Under the pieces are notes generated by a model, which worked only from the letters and a program-made list of their open reading frames with translations, was not told where the DNA came from and searched no databases. 64,000 nt of DNA from Amphiscolops sp. MND2022 (lineage: Eukaryota), in contig OZ076409.1 of the NCBI GenBank assembly GCA_964187785.1, positions 41,356,001-41,420,000 on the forward strand, written 5' to 3'. The position numbers and the translations under genes are program-made. Positions 61,461 through 64,000 of this stretch are shown piece by piece; within the stretch, counting starts at the first letter, position 1; the number at the start of each line of letters is the position of its first letter.

Positions 61461-64000
61461 TGGACTACTGATTGTGAGCACTGATTTGGGCTGGGTTGAA
61501 AGAGACCCAAATCTTCAGAACAAAAAGTATTTTGGAAAACTCTATAACCTGAAAAACTGTTAAACGAGAGGAAAAATGCTTGAATTTTGATGCTGATTTC
61601 AAACATTTTTATGATCTTTTCGTGAATAAAATAAAAAAAACATCAAAAATATGACTTTTACAACTGATATCATTTCTTAATTAATTTATTTCGTTTTTCG
61701 AAACCCTTGAAAGTTGGCAACCATTCTTTTTAATCTCTCATACGTTTTCCAACAAACGTATTCTCTCAAATAACTTCCTATTCGGATTATTGGAAAACAG
61801 TTTTCTTGAAGAGGTTTATTCAGAGAAAAAAGTTCAATGCAAGGTATTGAGATTTGGCATTCAGAGTTTGAGAAACCCCTAAACAACTACATGTCTGATA
61901 ATCCTTTTCTGTATGGTCTTTCACAATGTTACCTAAATCGAGAAGTTACATACATACATGCTGTAAGGGCGTTCAATGTTCGTTGACTTGTTGGTCTGAA
62001 AAGAGTATCTTCTGTTTCATTTTCTTTTCTATGGATATCAGTTTGGCGGTTTCTATTCCTGAGGTAGTTTGCTTGTTTTTTTATGTTTTTCTACTGTCTC
62101 TTCTCTCATCATTTTTTACAGCGCTTCATTCCTTTTCTCAATTCAGTCTTTTCGCTGTTTGTTTTATCGTTATACTTTCGTCCACACATGCATTTTGTTC
62201 GCGTACTGTGTACCATCCATTGGAACTGTTTTCTCTGCACCTAACAGAGCTAACACACTTAAAATATTCAGGAGTCTCAATCTTAGTTTCATTAGTTTCA
62301 ATGCCTTGTGACGCCTCCGGTTCAGGAGAATTTATCTATCTATCAAGTGAGGGTGATTGTCCTCATCTGGATCTCTTGTTTTTTTTTCAATTCGCATGTG
62401 TTCAATTAGAAAAAGATGTGGTTTTGGTGTAGAGAAGAATATTGAATAAAATGAAAGAAGTAAAGTAATATGAAGTAAAGAACAAATTTACAGGGGTAAA
62501 ATACAACTAAATTGGCAAAATAAACTCGAAGTTGAAACGAAATCTATCACAGTTTGTGTTTTGAAATAGATAGAAAAGTAGGTCAGGTTTCCGCAGTACT
62601 TTTTGAAGTGTTGGAATTTAGGGGGATTTTTCTTCCAGCTCTTCGTTTGATAGGGTTTGTTTTTAGCAGTGTGAAGTTCATTTTTCACTCAGTCACTCTC
62701 CTATCATCATTACGCAATTACTGAAATTAGCGCAGCGAATAAATTATACATCATTGAATATAGAAAGAGGATTTTGGACGATATCATAATTATAAACAGA
62801 ATCTTACGTGACGTATATTACATTGATTTCTGATTGGCTGCTGCATCTTGTCATCTGCATCGTTATATTAGTCATCAATGGGACCTATTGCTGTAGGTGG
62901 TACGATGCATTTCGTCCACAACTATTTTGTCATGATATATACTGCCTCAGTATGAATGAGTAGTCCTAATGAATCATACTTCCAATAATCTCTGGTATTT
63001 TTTACTGGAAGTTATACTGCATCTTGCTGTAAGCCGAGTCCAGCGTTTGCGCAAAATGTTCAGGTTTCACTTACATTACTACTGTAGTAAGGCTTAGTAA
63101 GGCCGTTCATATTATTCTTTTCACGGCTAACTGCACAGGGTGGTTATACGTAGAATGTCAACAAGAAATATGTACCTAATACTTTTAATACTTAGTCTTA
63201 AACAAATCAACAAAGACAAATTTACACGACTTAAGCTTCCTAATAGAACAAGTTTCGAATGCCAAATGTTTCAAAGGCGGTTTGAAGCCCTTTTGCATTC
63301 CTTGCTGCACTCCGGGTCGAGACTGCAGCAACATAAATAGGTTTTCTTGAATTTTCTGAAAACAAAACAAGTTATCGTCATTAATCGATAGATTAGTTTC
63401 TGTGGATAAAACAAAAATGTAAATTTAGGGCTCTAGAACACGTTAATTTCGCAAACGCTTCCTAGATTAGGATTTAGTAGTAAATACAAGTTGTTGAAAT
63501 GATAAAACAAAACTACAACTTTGTTGGCTAATTCATAGGTTTTTGTATCATGATAGACAGTGGAGTATGTTTCCTCTTTGGAAAACCATCGAATATTTCT
63601 GGAAGTCCATATCAAAATCAATCTTCCCTAAATCCATTCTCCTTCAGTCACGAGATTTAAAATTTTTCTTGTGCCTGAAAACCTCTAAATGGAGACCAGT
63701 TCCCCTTTATTGGCCAAGCAGGTGAAACGATCGTTTGATATTGCCTCTTTAAAATTATGTTTTTCCAATTGAAGGAGCTGTATGTAGGTTAATTGAATAA
63801 GTACTTGTCTGTGGAAAAACTTATTGAAGGATGTCACAGACTAGAGCTTGTGTCGGGTCCGTAGTGCAGCAATGCTGGCAAATGTCTCACCCACCTACAG
63901 CAAACTAGAGAAAACTCATCACTTCATGAAATTCATTTTGTATGAAATTATGTACAACTTTTGAATATCAGCATTGTTGGAATTTATTTACCATTACAGT

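Noticed and set aside
61926..62432. 168-aa hydrophobic ORF as a membrane protein
   Set aside because: Explained by T-rich composition (complement of an A-rich strand); no recognisable motifs.

Overview
AT-rich, repeat-dense eukaryotic (probably invertebrate animal) DNA. There are no prokaryotic operons, rRNA or CRISPR. It is dominated by decayed Ty3/Gypsy LTR retrotransposons, with an RTE-type LINE fragment, a probable Penelope fragment, SINE/HINE-like repeats, long near-perfect palindromes, and remnants of a NERD-nuclease/SF1-helicase-like host gene family. The standout is a complete 12.8-kb minus-strand Gypsy element (14937-27732) bounded by a 5-bp target-site duplication. (i) Its ~1.5-kb LTRs contain the start of the gag ORF, which reads in frame across the LTR end and the PBS. 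(ii) After pol it carries an antisense gene with three phase-consistent spliceosomal introns, encoding a zinc-finger protein that resembles a catalytically dead hAT transposase. (iii) It has an internal promoter-like motif array shared with U3. (iv) A further sense ORF runs across the PPT into U3. A related family at 55-61 kb shows the coding-LTR and U3-overlapping-ORF layout again. All protein assignments come from motifs recognised by eye; no searches were run.
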